Source: Camelus dromedarius (taxonomy: Eukaryota). From it: a stretch of DNA of 64,000 nucleotides. The translations under genes and the position numbers were made by a program. Shown in pieces: positions 49,601 to 63,230 of this stretch (position 1 is its first letter; each line of letters opens with the position of its first letter). Under the pieces are notes generated by a model that searched no databases, was not told where the DNA came from, and saw only the letters and a list, made by a program, of their open reading frames with translations. The stretch is taken from positions 112,718,001-112,782,000 of the forward strand of contig NC_087437.1 in NCBI RefSeq assembly GCF_036321535.1, written 5' to 3'.

Positions 49601-51709
49601 TTGCTTTTTGAACAATCTAAGCATGACCTAAGTCAATGAAAGTGACGGATTTCATCTAGTTGAGTAGCACTGAATTAAACTGGAAAAAAAAATCCCATCA
49701 GAAAATGGGAAGTTGACTGCTTGCATTGTCTTGGTGACCTGGTACCCCAAAGTCCTGTCTGTTCAGGAGTTGCCTGGTGCAAACATACAGCCACTGACCA
49801 TACAGAGCGGGGGTGTTCGAGAATCTTGTGGGGCTGGATAACAAAGCGGAAGTGGAGGAAGGGCTTCTGATTTTACTTGAAAGGAGATCTTGGGGTCTAT
49901 TTGAGAGTTTGCCAGTACTTGGTATGAGCAGACAAAAAGCCTTCTCTATCTCTACTCCACATCGTTCTTTTCCTAGTTGGTTGGGTCTTTTTGATTCTCA
50001 AGAAGAATTTTCGTTTTGTGTATGTAACGATTTTAAGAATTTCCACTGGGAACAGCAAGAAGGTTTTCATTTTATTTCAATTCCTTTTCTTCTCCATTTA
50101 TTTTTTGGGGCTGGAGGTGAGCGTCACAGTGGACACTAGCACTTTGAAATGGACACCTGCAGACTTACGGGCAGCAGGGTCATTTCAGACTTAGAGTCAT
50201 TTCAGTGTGAGGTTAGTGGAGGCTCTGCTTTCTCCAGATACACTCGCTTTACAAGTTTAGAGCCTCCTCAATGCCCTAAAGTGAGGCGATGACAACAGAC
50301 GAGGCTGGAGATTCTTCTTTGGCTTTGAAGGTTAAGACTTTAGTTCCTACCAGGCGGAAGCATAATCAGTAGCACCAGAAACTGGTGACTGACACGATGA
50401 GGCCCTCAGACGCTGTGGTCTGAGCCACCCTAAGAGGTATTTGGTAAACTGATACCTCCTTCACTTTGCACCCAGGGGTGCTGAGTGCTGAAATGCCTGT
50501 GGGGACTTCTCCCAATTGCAGGGAACAGCTCAGATCAGCTGCCAAGACTCCCCTGGGGGCCCTGAGCTGTGTTTTATAGGGGCTGCTTAGTATTGTGTCA
50601 ATATACTTGGGATGTTTACTGTACTGCGAATGCAGCCGTTCATTTGAGTTAGAGGAAAGGAATGTTCTAGAATGTTCTAGAACTCCCGTTTCCTCACCCT
50701 GCATTGTGTCAGATCCAGGATATGTTTGGAGGTCATTGGGCTCACCTAAGGTACATAACCTGCTTACCTTCAGGAGCCAAGAATCTGCTCCTGACAAGCA
50801 TGGAAAACATTTCACAGGAAAAGACAGAAAACGCTATCTTGGGAGCATTAAAACCCAGATGCCAACCTGCTGGAAAGTCTTATCCCTGGGTTGTGATCTC
50901 TCAGTAACATAGTAATGTTGACTGTGCATCGTTCATTCAGGGAGTCCCTATCCTGGGCCAGACCACTATCCCAGGGGCTGGGAGGTGGTGAGGAGGGACC
51001 TGCTTTTGTGGCTTTCACAGCCTAATTGTAGATCTAATTTTGAGTCATTTGAGTAACACCCAGTGCTTGTAAAAATTCATCTCCACCGCTGCATAATTAT
51101 TTCAGTGACACGCGGATCCAATCAGTTCCTCCGCTGAAAGGAACTCTCTTTAATCTGACCTCGGGGAACCAGACAACACCCACATAATCATTTTTTCAGC
51201 TATGTGTGGTTGCCCTATTTAAGGGGTAGGTTCGCCCTTACTGTAAGTCAAGGTGTTTTGTGAGTTGTTTTTAATAGGCTTTTGCTCTACTTTCTATACC
51301 AGCCTATATTGTTAAAATCTGAATAGTGTGAATATTTTAGGATTCAAAGCGCACCAAGTAAACCTGTTCAGAAGTGGGCTTACATGGTCAGCCTTGAAAA
51401 AAATTGAGCGTTTCTCTGATATTTACTGAGAATTATCAGTAACCAGGGTTACTTTTAATGCAGTGGAAAGAATGCATATTTTTCTTCTTCTAGGAACTCT
51501 GGTTTTGTACTTTTTCATTTAGAAGAATAACATTTCTGTGCGTCTGTGTTTCTAAAACTATGTTCCTTTGCATTTTTCCTATTATACTCAAACCCCTTAT
51601 TTCCTCCTGGTTTCTCTGTCTAAACAGAATGAGGGCCTGGGGCAAAGAGGGCGTTGCAGGAAGCAGAGAAAGCGGGGTGGCGGCTTTGCAGCTGCCGTTC
51701 TACCCACTG

Positions 51710-51728
51710 TGGCCGCTAGGGGGCGATC
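51710..51728 (+). promoter_or_regulatory. CTCF-like motif
   Basis: TGGCCGCTAGGGGGCGATC, close to the CTCF core. Confidence 0.5.
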
Positions 51729-52286
51729 TCCCCCTGGAAACTGGCCTGTCCCTCCGGCGGATCCCAGGGAGCTGGCTCCACCTACTGCAGCTCCAGGATA
51801 TCGCTCTTGTTTAAATCACAGGACGAGCTTGCTGAGTCTGAGACTGAAGGCAGGAGAGGGAAGGAGGTTAGTGGCGAGATTGGGGCTCGAAGCCAGCACT
51901 CCTGGGGTACCTGGTGACACTTTGCTTTTCTCTGCTGCTGGGGTTGGGGCTATAAAAGGGGTCTTTAGCCTTCCTGCCTTTTCTGCATCTGCTTTGGTGA
52001 AGGCCCCTGAGATTCAGCCGTTTGGGGGCCTCAGATGTAAGTTGGAGGTGTCCCCTCACTGCTGGGCCGTCCCTAGAAGTCAGGTCCCCTCTGCTTGGAT
52101 TTGATAACAGAGTCTCTACTTGGAGACTAGGACTTCTGGAATTTCAGATGTAGAGGAACTGTTGGGATGCAGCTCATTGCATGGTGTGTGTGTGTGTGTG
52201 CGTGCCTGCTTGTGCACCGGGGACAATGAGTGGATATGTGGACTGAACAGGGGAACACGTTGGTCTGACCCTCTCATAGTCACACT

Positions 52287-52461
52287 TGGGACCCACTACA
52301 TAATTGGTGGGCTCAGTGCAAAATTAAAAGGTGAGGCCCCTTGTTCAAAATTATTAAGAATTTTGAGGTGATGACAGCAGAGAATTCAACCAAGAGCAGA
52401 TCCTTCTAAGCACAGGGTCCTGTGTGACTGCAAAGGTCACACGCCCGTGAAGCCGGCCCTG
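52287..52461 (-). mobile_element. MER45A-like hAT-Tip100 MITE within the probable ITSN1-L 3'UTR
   Basis: The reverse complement starts CAGGGCCGGCTTCACGGGCGTGTGACC and contains TTCTTAATAATTTTGAACAAGGGGCC. Family name is from memory. Confidence 0.65.
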
Positions 52462-55400
52462 GTCACGTATTTTCAGTTGGTTTTTGAAGCAGGTGGGGCT
52501 TCATCTTTCGCTTCTTTGTGGAGTTTCCCTGGCAGATTACGGAGAGGGGGGCTGATACACTTTTCAAAATGTCTGCTTTTATTTCATAAAAGCACAGGTG
52601 GTCTGGACCAATCAGAGGGTAGGGGACCCAAGCCACTAGCTGGCAGATATGCCTGCTATCCCGGCTCCCAGTCCAGGGCATGCTATAGATGCCAAGAGGC
52701 TTTACCATTTAACCCACTGATTTGACATAAAACCCTTCCTTTTGGTCATTAGTCATTCCCTAGGGACTTTTCTCCTCTGCTGATAGGACAGAGAGGCTTT
52801 TCCAGCCTCTGCCTTCCAAGTGAGCATCCGGTAATAATTATAAGAAGCAGGGAGCTGGGGGTGGGGTGTGTGCTCAGTGCATGTTCCCCTGGGGCTGGGT
52901 GCTGTTCCTCAGAGGGAGGGCGTCCGGCCCGCTGCCTCCCTGCCGGGCCTGGGCCCTTGGTCTACAGGTGTCTGGAGGGTGCTTGCTTCTGAGAGGCAGT
53001 GGCTTCCCAGCTGGGCTCTCCCCATAGGATGGCCTGTGAGTAGGGTGATGTGAGGAGAGAGGAGGGGACCCCCTGTGTGAGTAGCCTCCAGCTCTAGACA
53101 CCACGGGCCCGGGAGGCTGATGACCACGGAGCTGCTCCTGCCGTGTGCTTGTTACTTCCTTTCACTAGTGTTTTCTAGCGCTCGACCCGACGCACCAAAA
53201 CCTTTGTGGTTCTGCTTGGTCTTTGCAAGCCAATTTCACTTCCGTACCCACAGAGCAATAATCCCATCTACGTTTCTCGGTTCTGTCTGGGATTCTAAAG
53301 TTTGCTAAGTAAAAATACTGACAGAAAGTTGAACAGAAATTGTAAATTCATCTTGCATGGGTTTGACTGTGTCACTTTGAAAGAAATAGCAAATTATAGC
53401 TTCGTCTCTACGTGTAATGCAATTGTCCAAACTACTGGAAGTCCAGAAAGGGTTTGCTAGAGGCATTTAATTAATATTGTGTCAGCATTAGTTGTCATGA
53501 ATGAACATTTTGTTGTACATTTTACAGATTAACATCCTTCAAATGTCACCTGCTAAATATTCACTGTCAGAAAGTAGATATTCTAGCAAGATCTTTGGTA
53601 ATGATATTTATTTCAACACATGCATTTAAAACATACATTGCCAATAGCCCAAGTGTCTTTGAACTATAAAACCAACTTCAGATCTTGTCTGCTGAAGCCC
53701 AGCTAGCTGAGGTCTGTACCCCCACGGACCCCTTCTTTCCACCCCTTCATAGCCCTTCCTGGACAGAGAAGTTGGCAGTCATACAATTCATGTCGCATTG
53801 CCTTAGCTACGTCACGTCACCTTGTATCCTCACATCTGTAAGTGGTCAACATGTGTGTAAATACGTGTATACAGTGGAGAATCTGCAACAAAAATGTCCT
53901 GTGTATGATAATCAGTTCTCAGCTACCGGTTTTCTGCATTTTATACAGTTTCCAGCTAAGAAAAAGGCAGAATTCCACTGCCTAAAGTGAAAAAGTTATG
54001 CTCTTTAAATGGCTTGTCCAGAAATCCCTGCTGTATGTTTATGGGGCTGTCCCTGACTAGATGTACACATGGTATGGCAGAGGCCATGCTGGTGAATGTT
54101 ACATAAACTAACAGAGATTCTGTAGTCATAAATATTTAACTTGTTATTGTAAAATGTGATTTGTCATCGAGAGATTATTTTTTCTGTATGTATATGAGAG
54201 TATTTTAGGAATCTAAGTGCATAAAACTATAGAAAAAAAAAATTAAAAACCTGTTCCAGGAGTAGAAAACTTAATCAGATTACTTGGGTTCAACCCAACT
54301 AAATTTCTTTTATTAAAAAGAAAATCCGAGTTGCATATGTTAGAAATTCAAAGAAATCATTTTGGGGCGGGGGCAGGGAGCGTGATGGATTTGAATGGAA
54401 TGGGTGGCGGTGAGATAAAGTGATGTATCCTTCCGCCGAGACCTCAGATGAGGCCTTGGTGTTTCATTAAACAGGTAACATATTCTGGAGGGTGTTGTGT
54501 CAGGAAGGATGAGAGGATTGACAGCCTGCTTCCGTCAGGTCCGTGTGATGTGTCCCAGAAGTTTCCATGAGTTTTGGCAAATTGGTCAGGAATCTGGGGC
54601 GGACCCAACCGTCCTTCTAGAGAGGTCCGAATGTGGGCAGGTGGCCACCTCTGACTTCCTGGTCACCCTCTGCAGTTCTCTTTCAGGATGGATTCAGCAT
54701 ATCCCATTGGCGTTTGCATTTTCCATGCAATTTCCTGGGGCATTTCACCGTCTTTGTCTGTTTCACAGCTGGGCGGCTTGAAGGGTGATGTTTGGGGTTT
54801 CTGGGTTAAGCTGTTTCTGGCTCACAAAACAGGCAGCACAGAGCAGCCTCCTAGGTGCCTGTGTCCCCGGCGGAGATGCCAGAGGCAAGAGACACCTTTT
54901 CCCTTCCCCAGGGAAGGTTCAGAGGTCCAGGCTGCTTCTGGGGCAAGACTTTCTATACTTGCCACCAGAAATGTCCCCGCAGGCCACCTAGGGAGGGATG
55001 GAATGCAAAATCCCATGAAAGTCAAGGTCTAAACCTCTGAGAGATGCATTCAGAAGTCATTTCAGGAGGTGGCAGCCCCGCGAGGCCAGCCTCCTCTAAC
55101 AGGCTGGGAACGAGGCGTCACTGAAAATAGCCACTTCCCGGGGAGCCAGGGCATTGCGCAGAGGTCACTGTTTGTGAAAAGTTGAAGGTCGTGGCTTGAA
55201 AGGACATATGGGGAATGTGTGCGTTAGGTTTTCAACATTTCTTTCAACAAGCAGTATGCTTCCTAATGCTGGCGACCAACAGTCAAAGTCCCTTTTCACT
55301 AGGCCTGAAACTGGCAGATGCTGGGGTCCAAGTGACTTTCTGGACTTCAGGGGTGTGGGGAGCTGTGATTTCTGGAAGCTTCCTGGAATCTACTGTCAGA

Positions 55401-57047
55401 CAAGCAATCTGCAAATTACCTTGAGGAACTGTCTGTGTGGGTGTCACTGACTTTATTCCCAAATATGGAGCTGTTCAGAGATCTCCTTGTTTGAGGTGGC
55501 CTGGGAAGGCTGTCTCAGGCCCCCAGCAGCCCACGCGGTCTGGGCCACCCGCTCAGGATGGGTCCTGACCCTTCTTCCTCAGCACCATGCCCTTGTGGCT
55601 GCGGTGGCAGTGGGGCTGTGAGTGGGAATGAGCCAGCCAGTCAGCTGTCCCCTGGGCCTAGTTGTCTGGGGACAAGAAAAGCCAGAGACCACGGGGTCCT
55701 GCCCAGCAGAGCTCACAGCCACTCCAGTTAGCCTTCGCCTGTTTGGAAAAGAATGTATCAATCCTAATGAGGCCCTTGTGTTTCCTGTGACAAATGAGTC
55801 GCAGTGCTGGTGGCATGTTGCTCCTCTCACAGCCCCGCCCAGGGGTAGGACTAAGCCACACTCGTTGGGTGTCCTGCTGACTGTAATATACTTCTGTTGC
55901 CAAATACTGGTACTGTTTAATTTCCCATCAAAGGGAGACTATATTGTCTGATATGTAAAGTCCATGGAGTTCTAAAAATTACTAGACACTATTATAAATT
56001 GTAGAATTATGTATTTGTCTAAGGTTTGATGAAGCAGGGCCAAAACATTAGGTTTCAGTTATTGTTTAAAAGAAGCTGAGGCTAGTTTTGCTGTTGGAGA
56101 GTTCCTTTGGCACCTTATTATGTATGAAATGTTAAATTTTACAGATTAAGATTATGATAACTGAGGGTTTTTTTTCTTTTTCTTTAAACCAGTAGCAACA
56201 TCAGTTTCAGACTGCTATTCCTATGTATCTTGAATCTAAAAAGAACAATCTCTTCCAAACAACTCATCGGTCACTTTGACCTGTACGGTTTCAATTCACA
56301 TAGTTCGTCAATAAAAGGAGAAAAACCCAACCCTGTTACAGTGGATTATTTTGGCTTTTTTCTGCCCCACCTCCTTTCTGAGCAGACAGGAGACTGGTAA
56401 CGGTGCAAATGGCATCTCTTGCTGTGTTTTCTTCTCCACAGACAGGGCTGTAGCAGTGAAAAGAAATTTGTGCAAAAGTAAATGTAAAAAAACCAAGCCA
56501 ACAACCCTTTCAACTCCCCCACGCCTTCTTCAGACACGAACATTAGCACCAAGTAGAAATGGATTTCCTGTACCGCGTACTTGTGAGAACTGGAGAAGCT
56601 GTGTAGCACGGGGAATGTCAGGGGTGGTGAGCGAGACGCAAATGCAACACTGTCTTACAGTGACATTCAGAAGGATTCCCCAGGCTCTCTGCAAAGAAGT
56701 TTCCAACACAAATAACTCCGTGTTCAGAACCTTGACGTAACTCTGGGCACCATTAGCAAAGCAACATGGAATTTTACTGTTACCTGAATCTCCATGGATA
56801 ACCTTTAGCATTTTCTTCTGTTCTGGTTTTAAGGTGATTCCTCCTTATTTCATCACTGATTTGTCTGCATATGATCAAACCCCTTAAATTCGATGATTGA
56901 CTGGGACACTGGTGGAATTGTCTTAGCACCTTAAAAATACTGACCCTAAAGTGGCCTATCTTTGCCTTTTTTAAATCAGTAGGCCCCATTTTTGATAAAC
57001 ATAAAAAATCTTATGCCCTTTTCTTGGTTGTTATTTGAACTTTTAAA

Positions 57048-57083
57048 AATAAAGTAAATGTCATTAAAAGCAAATGAAATAAA
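57048..57083 (+). terminator. Candidate terminal poly(A) signal cluster of ITSN1-L
   Basis: AATAAA 57048-57053, ATTAAA 57063-57068 and AATAAA 57078-57083, preceded by U-rich sequence. Confidence 0.55.
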
Positions 57084-58009
57084 TTACTTTCTCCAGACTA
57101 CACCTAGTCTTCTCCAAGACTGACAAGGTCCGACTGGCACAGCTTGGTGGGTGGAAGGAATCACTGGTATAAAACACGTTGAACAACGCCTATTTAACCA
57201 CAGTCAGCAGCCAGCATAATCAAGGCAATATTTTATTTTAGAATATTTACTGCTTTTCTTCTAATTACAGAAGTAATATTTGTTGGTGCAGAAAATTTAG
57301 CAAGCACAAAAAAATACAAAGGAATTGAAGTCACTTAATGGAGATACTCTTCCACACAAAAATAAGTGGTGACATTTTGACGCACATCATTCCTGCATGC
57401 GCATATGCGTTTGAGATGCTTTTGTGCTATTAATGGCTAATACACATTCAGCACTTCCCAGATGCAAGGCACTGCTCAATCACAAAATTTATATAAATCA
57501 TCTCACTTCTATTTTGGCTGCTTTTTAGACTCAAATCTGTATCTATCATCTCATCTATTTTTCTACAACTTGATTTTTAAGAACTGCATAGTATCCCATT
57601 GCCTGAGGGTATTCCAGTTTATCCTCATTTTAATTTTTACTACTTATTTATTTTTTATACTGATTTTTAAAAAGAATTCTCAGTGGTCACATGTTGAGGC
57701 TGTTTTAAAATTTTGACCTTGGTGAAGAAAGTGCCGTGAAGAATACTGTTGTACACAGAGCTCTGGGTTAATCTCTGAAGACCACGTAAGGCAGTGTTTG
57801 AAGCATTTCATCATTTCGTCCCATTTCTATATACTTAGTCTACAGGAAGTTTGTTGGGTTTGATTCTGAAGGATTAGGGCAGTATTACCCCCAAAGATAT
57901 TTTGTCCATCAGCCGTCATGTGGGATGCCCTGTCTGGTGCAACGTGGGCCTCACTGTGGTCAGGAGGCAGGCCGGGAGGAAGGCAGATGAGTTTTGGGGA
58001 ACCTGGCAT

Positions 58010-58390
58010 ATTGGTCAGGTTATAGACTCAGCTGCTGAGACCGAGAGCCCCAACATCCCGTGGCTTCAATGAGAGGTTTATTCTCTCTCCTGTCGACAGC
58101 CCAGAGGTCCGCGGTCTGGCCTGGCAGGGTGGCTCTGCCTTGAAATCGCTCGGCTTTGACCTTGGAGTGTGTCTGCTGCAGCTGCCACCGCTCGGCCGCA
58201 TCCAGCCGAGGCAAAGGGAACTGCCTGCCTGTTCTTCGTGAGGCCCATCAGGAAGCCACAGGCACTGTTTCTTCTCTTCTCTCATCTGCAGGAACTTAGT
58301 TCCACGAGCAGGTACCGCAAGGGAGGCTGGTACGTGTGGTCTCTAGCTGGCTGGCCAGCTAAAAGTAGCTAAAAGCTACTCCTGGGAAAG
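58010..58390 (-). mobile_element. Degenerate old MLT1 (J/K/L type) LTR
   Basis: TATTGGTCAGGTTATAGACTCAGCTGCTG...GTGGCTT...GGTTTATTCTCTCTC and GGGAGGCTGG..GTGGTCTCTAGCTGG motifs. Confidence 0.45.
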
Positions 58391-60904
58391 TACCGAGAGG
58401 CCCGAAGTGGTGTCTCCATCAGTTGCCACGTCAGGCGATCGTGGAGCTGGTTTGCCAGGAGGAAGCCAGAGTTTCAGCAACATGACAGCCAGGAGGGCAA
58501 TGTCATGGTGATGGAGGGCACACTGGTCCCAGCACCAGAGCCCTAGGATGCAGGCAGTGGCTCTGGGTCACTCATTGCCCTGCAGGATTTCGTAGCTGCC
58601 ATCATCCTGCCTCTGCCCACCCAGGGGAAGTTCTGGAAAAGGAGTCAGTTTGCTGTCTGAACACTTGGAGGGTGACCAAGGAGTGGGCACCTGAGAGGGC
58701 TGTTGTCTGGACAACTCTGTTTTCTCTAAGGCCAGCAGGAGGGGAAATGTGGGGAAGAGCTGACCTGGGTTAAGGGGTAAATCAGGAGCACCTCAGGGAC
58801 AAAGTGGGGAGGGGCACAGGGACTCACCTACGGTTAGCTTTGCCTGTTGGCTCCAGTGGTGGGGGACTGTGTGCCAGGACGTGGCCAGTGACGATCTGGA
58901 ACAAGAGGGTGGGTGTTTAGTGAATGGTCTGGGCTCTGGGACCTGACCCACCAGCTGTCCAAGCACATGACCCTGAGCAACTCTCTAGAGCCCCGCAGTG
59001 TCCTTCCTCACTTGTGAAGTGGTGACGTCAGTCTCCCCCGAAACACAAGGCTGTTAGGAGGTTAAGTAAGATATACACGAAACGGCCTTGAAAGCTGCAG
59101 AGCATCCTTCAACTAACTAGGGCGTGTTACATCAGGATTAAAGGCACTTTACTGGGGAGAGACTTCCCTGGAGGACTTTGGGGTAAGTCAGTCTAATGAT
59201 CAGGGCCCAGGGGTTCCGAATGGGCCCTTGAAGACAGATTTTGGCAGGCAATACTAGATGGACGTGGTCGCGTGACTACGACCTGTCAGATGCTGTTTAA
59301 CCAGTGAATCCGTGGGGTCAGGTGGCCCAGAGAAGTCAGAGGCCATCAGGTCAGTAACTGAGCCATTCACTGACACCTCTACGCCCATGCGGCCCGGTTC
59401 TAAGCTGTCAGCCTAGCCTCGCCCGCAGCAGCTCTGCAAGTGGGCACTGCTGCTTCTTCCACTGACAGGGAGGAGACCGAGCCCTGAAGGTGGGGCGCTT
59501 CATGGGTTGGACGCAGCAGAGGCTTGCATGGACGGACATCCTCCATGTGGCTCCGAGACATGCTCTTAGCCGCCACGCCTGCTGCTCCAGAGGGCAGGGC
59601 AGTCTGCGTCATGTCCCCTTTTGTGGAACTTCCTGTTGAATGAGTTTTGTAGAGTGGTTATTACCTGACTTGGTCACTCGACAGTCTGGGAAGGGGTTAC
59701 CATCCAAGGGAAGGAACACACTCACTGGCTGTAAAGGTTCTAGTCCTATGGGGATATGTTTTATAACCTGAAGTGCAGTGGCCACGGTGTACTAGGCATT
59801 GCTCCAGGCAACTTCTGGGTAACTGTAATAATCAGGGAAGCAAAAAGCTTTGTTTCCTTTGTGTTTGGCTCCCCCAGCCTGGCTGGAAGGGACTTAACTG
59901 ACAGGACCAATGGGCAGAAGTCCAGCCAGAGCAGTGACTTCTAACATTTAGTGTACCTGCCCCCAGAACAGCTGCTCCCAGTGGGGAAGAAAACCCTGAT
60001 TCTATTCTGGGCGGAGCTTCCTGGCCGCTCCTTGGTTGTGAGGACGTTTGTGGGGGTTGTGATGGCCAGCGGGCTGAGAAACCTATTCTTCTGCCTTCTC
60101 CTGTGAGGTGGACGGTTCTGCTCTGGACCTCTGCCCCTAGTTGGGTCGACAGAGTGGATGCTTGCTAGAGTAACTCCTTTTAGATTTTCTAGATTCTAGA
60201 ATGGAGACAACTTTTTGGCCATAATCTCTCTGAAAGCCTTTAGAGAAAAATTACTGCCTTCACAGTTAGGACAACATGGAGGGCAGGGCTGTAGGACAAA
60301 CCACTTTTGAGGTCAAGCCAAATGCACGTGACAGAAGTACTGTTAGAATAATCAGGTGAGTATAAACCAGCGCTGTTTTAAGAGCGCCAAGCAGCCCCAG
60401 TCACCCGGCTGATGTGGGACCTTAGGGCAAGCGATGGGGCTGGCCCGTGCGCTGCAGAAGCTGCAGGGAGCGAGCGGCAGGAGAGCAGGGCCAGCTGCCT
60501 ACGTCTGACCAGCGTGGGCTCCGAGAACCACCTTCAGCGTCTTCTCTGACTAGAGATGGACACCAACAGGTGAAACTCCAGGACAGCCACCGGTTCGCTT
60601 TACCTTAACTCCACCTGTAGGCCCAGCCCCTCCCCAAGCTCTGGCCTCAGAGACAAAGGACGTGAGGCAAGATATACCAAGTACTTAACGGTGCTGGGCA
60701 CAAAACAGTACCTGGAATAAATGTCAACTATTTTTCCTAAGGGATAGGAGCGTCCACAAATTCCTAAGAATAATCTACACAAACTAAATTCCAAAGGGTC
60801 TTTTAAGTTTAAACTAAGGGTAGACACTGAAAGATATAAAAATAAGACTCCCGTATTTCCATTTTACAAGAAAATAAACCTAGTATATTCTGTTCAGGAA
60901 GCAT

Positions 60905-60910
60905 TTTATT
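60905..60910 (-). terminator. ATP5PO polyadenylation signal
   Basis: TTTATT on + (AATAAA on -), about 45 nt after the ATP5PO stop codon. Confidence 0.8.
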
Positions 60911-60955
60911 GTTGCTCCAAGCTTAAGAATTTTCACTGACAGAAAATCAACACTT

Positions 60956-61069
60956 TTAGGAAATCTCCCGCATTGCTCTGCTCAGCTTCTGAATCTTGGT
61001 TTTTGCAGACATATCAACATATTTCTCTCCAATACGGACAATCATTCCACCCATGATTGATGGGTCAGT
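60956..61069 (-). CDS. ATP5PO: ATP5PO (OSCP, ATP synthase peripheral stalk) last coding exon
   Basis: Minus strand ttctctcctag|ACT acceptor. 114 nt. [37 protein letters not shown] (TAA), the OSCP C-terminus. The ITSN1-ATP5PO neighbourhood matches known mammalian synteny. Confidence 0.96.
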   Translation of the reverse strand, partial: TDPSIMGGMIVRIGEKYVDMSAKTKIQKLSRAMREIS

Positions 61070-61366
61070 CTAGGAGAGAAAATAGGTTGAAAATGTGAAA
61101 ACACAATGCTATTTCACTAGTCAAAAGGAAAGATGAGAAAGTGCTCTGAAAAGTCTACGTGCTACATAATTGTAAGATGTGGTAATTACATCTAGAAAAA
61201 GACAGAAGTCAAATTGTCAATGGACTCTAATAATTTATATTGAAAATAAATATGTAGGTTCTACTATAGGTAAATTTTTATATACACAGATCTAATTTTC
61301 CACTTTCTATAGCCATTTTACGTGTTAAAGAACCTGAGGAAACACTGTACACAATTAAAAACCTAC

Positions 61367-61453
61367 CTTAACTTCCAATTTCAAGACTTGGCCTTTACTT
61401 AGGAAGGTCTTCAGGACCGTTTTTAATTCAGTAAGAGTGGCTTCATCTAAAGG
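61367..61453 (-). CDS. ATP5PO: ATP5PO penultimate coding exon
   Basis: Minus strand ttttctag|CCT acceptor, AAG|gtaggt donor. 87 nt, phase 0>0. [29 protein letters not shown]. Confidence 0.95.
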
Positions 61454-62199
61454 CTAGAAAAAGGACAAAACACCCTTTAAATTTAGATAAAGCAAAACAG
61501 AAACTTACCATAGTAGAAGGAGAGAAAAAACATCCCTCTGGCTTACTTCACCAAGACAGGCCCTGTGAACTCCCGTGCCTGGGGACCCCCCGCGGCTGCA
61601 CTGAGCGGTCACCATCGATACTGGTGCTCACACTGCCCACAAATGCCACTCCCTCCCCATCTCTGCTCTATGGTACCAGCAGCGCAACCCGGCAATGATT
61701 CAGGGGGAAAACCCCGAAGCTTGTAATGCCGGGGGATGCAGGCCGCTCCCCCGTGCCGCCCCCTTGGGTGTGGCCTGAGCCCGTTACTTCCTTGGATGAA
61801 AAGCTGCAGCCGACCTGGTTCTACGATCTGTGACCCACGGGTACCAGGAGCTCTGGCATGCTGCCCCCTTCTCTGAGGCTGAGAGCCTGTTGGCTGGCTC
61901 TGCAACCTGTTCATACAAGGATCACGAGTGCCCAGACTCTGTTCTCTCCCCTTGTCCCAACTTTTACTCCTGGTGGGACGACATGGTAACCATTGCTGAA
62001 GGAGCGGCCTGTTACCTGTCACCAATCCTACCTCACTACCCACACCTCTAAGAGTCCAAAAGCTAGAAAAAACCCTTTCCAGCTCTGCGAAGACCTAACA
62101 GTATGTTCTGGGGATGGCGGCGGTGAAAGGCTATCAGTGTTCAGTCAATCATGTGCTGAGGCTCTGAGGTTAGAGGACTCAGAATTACGTGCCACCTTC

Positions 62200-62420
62200 C
62201 ATTTAGATGCGTACCGGGTGGTAAACACCTGTCTGCCAGGCGTGTTACACCACGGTCTCCTTCAATCTGGACAACCCTGGGAGGCCGGGAGTTATCACTC
62301 CCACTACACATGTGGAGAACTGAGGCTCACAGTGGTTAAGAAACCCACCTAAGGTCCCACCAGCAAGAGAGGACTAGCGCCAATATTTGGAATCAGTCTA
62401 TTTCTCAAGTCTGTTCCTTT
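62200..62420 (-). mobile_element. MIR SINE in ATP5PO intron
   Basis: TGTGGAGAACTGAGGCTCACAGTGGTTAAG..ACCTAAGGTC. Confidence 0.6.
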
Positions 62421-63029
62421 AATCATTAATCAAGGTACACTTTTTTTTTTAAACAGTGGAAACTTATTTACCCAGGATTTTCAACATCAAAAGCACTAGG
62501 ATCAATTGGTTTTAAAAAATTTTTACAAAAGCAAGCACTCTTAAAAAAAAAATCATGTCCTTGTAACCACAGAAGAATGGCTGGCATCAGTGCTTGGCCA
62601 CAGGGATGGTGTGACTATACCGTCTGGCTAGGGAAGCCGCGTCTGAGCTACACTGTCGGGGAGGACCAGCGCGGCCATGCGGGGCTCGGGGGAACATCTG
62701 AGCTGTGAGGCTTCTCAGCCAGGTATGTGCTTTGGGGGCACCAACTACTGAACTACAAGTGCACAAATATGTACTATGTGCTAAAAGGTCTCTTCGAAAT
62801 TGTGTTCTTCTGGAAAGTCAGAAATCTCTCAAACACTAGCAGTATTAACCCAGGTGAGATCAGGTGCTGTGTACCCCAAGTAAATCTACCGTGCTCTACT
62901 GACAAGTCCCAAGGCTGTCTTCCCGTACTGGCTGAACTACAGTGAGAAGAGAAGACGTATTTAAGACAGCAAGGAAATGAGCTGTGAGGAGGCAGTGCCT
63001 GAGGACCCGAGGAACGTGGACCTTTGAGA

Positions 63030-63230
63030 GAGGCCTGTGCTCAGATCCTAGTCCCACCTTTTGTGGGCTCAGGCATGCAACTCCATCTCCATGGGCTGCA
63101 GTTTCCTCATTGGTAAAATAAGGATAATTACACTTCTGCTTCACACAGACCTCTGATGTTAAATAAAATAATAAATTATAAAGTACTCAGCCTATGGTAG
63201 GTTCCAGTCAATGGTGGCTGTTATTACAGT
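63030..63230 (+). mobile_element. MIR SINE in ATP5PO intron
   Basis: CTGCAGTTTCCTCATTGGTAAAATAAGGATAAT. Confidence 0.6.

Larger units (their letters stand above)
46612..57100 (+). other. ITSN1: Probable very long (~10 kb) 3'UTR of ITSN1-L
   Basis: Reading by eye, I found no AATAAA between the stop and 56310. AATAAA then occurs at 56310, 57048 and 57078, with ATTAAA at 57063. The region is repeat-poor with AU-rich blocks. ITSN1-L mRNA is known to be very long. The end coordinate is approximate. Confidence 0.6.

Noticed and set aside
59023..59030. Perfect CRE palindrome TGACGTCA between the two genes
   Set aside because: Isolated 8-mer inside a MIR-like remnant, expected about once by chance in 64 kb.
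60956..60964. ATP5PO ends ...REIS* rather than with a hydrophobic residue as I recall for human and cattle
   Set aside because: The terminal residue appears variable among mammals. Frame, splice sites and poly(A) signal are intact, so there is no sign of pseudogenisation.
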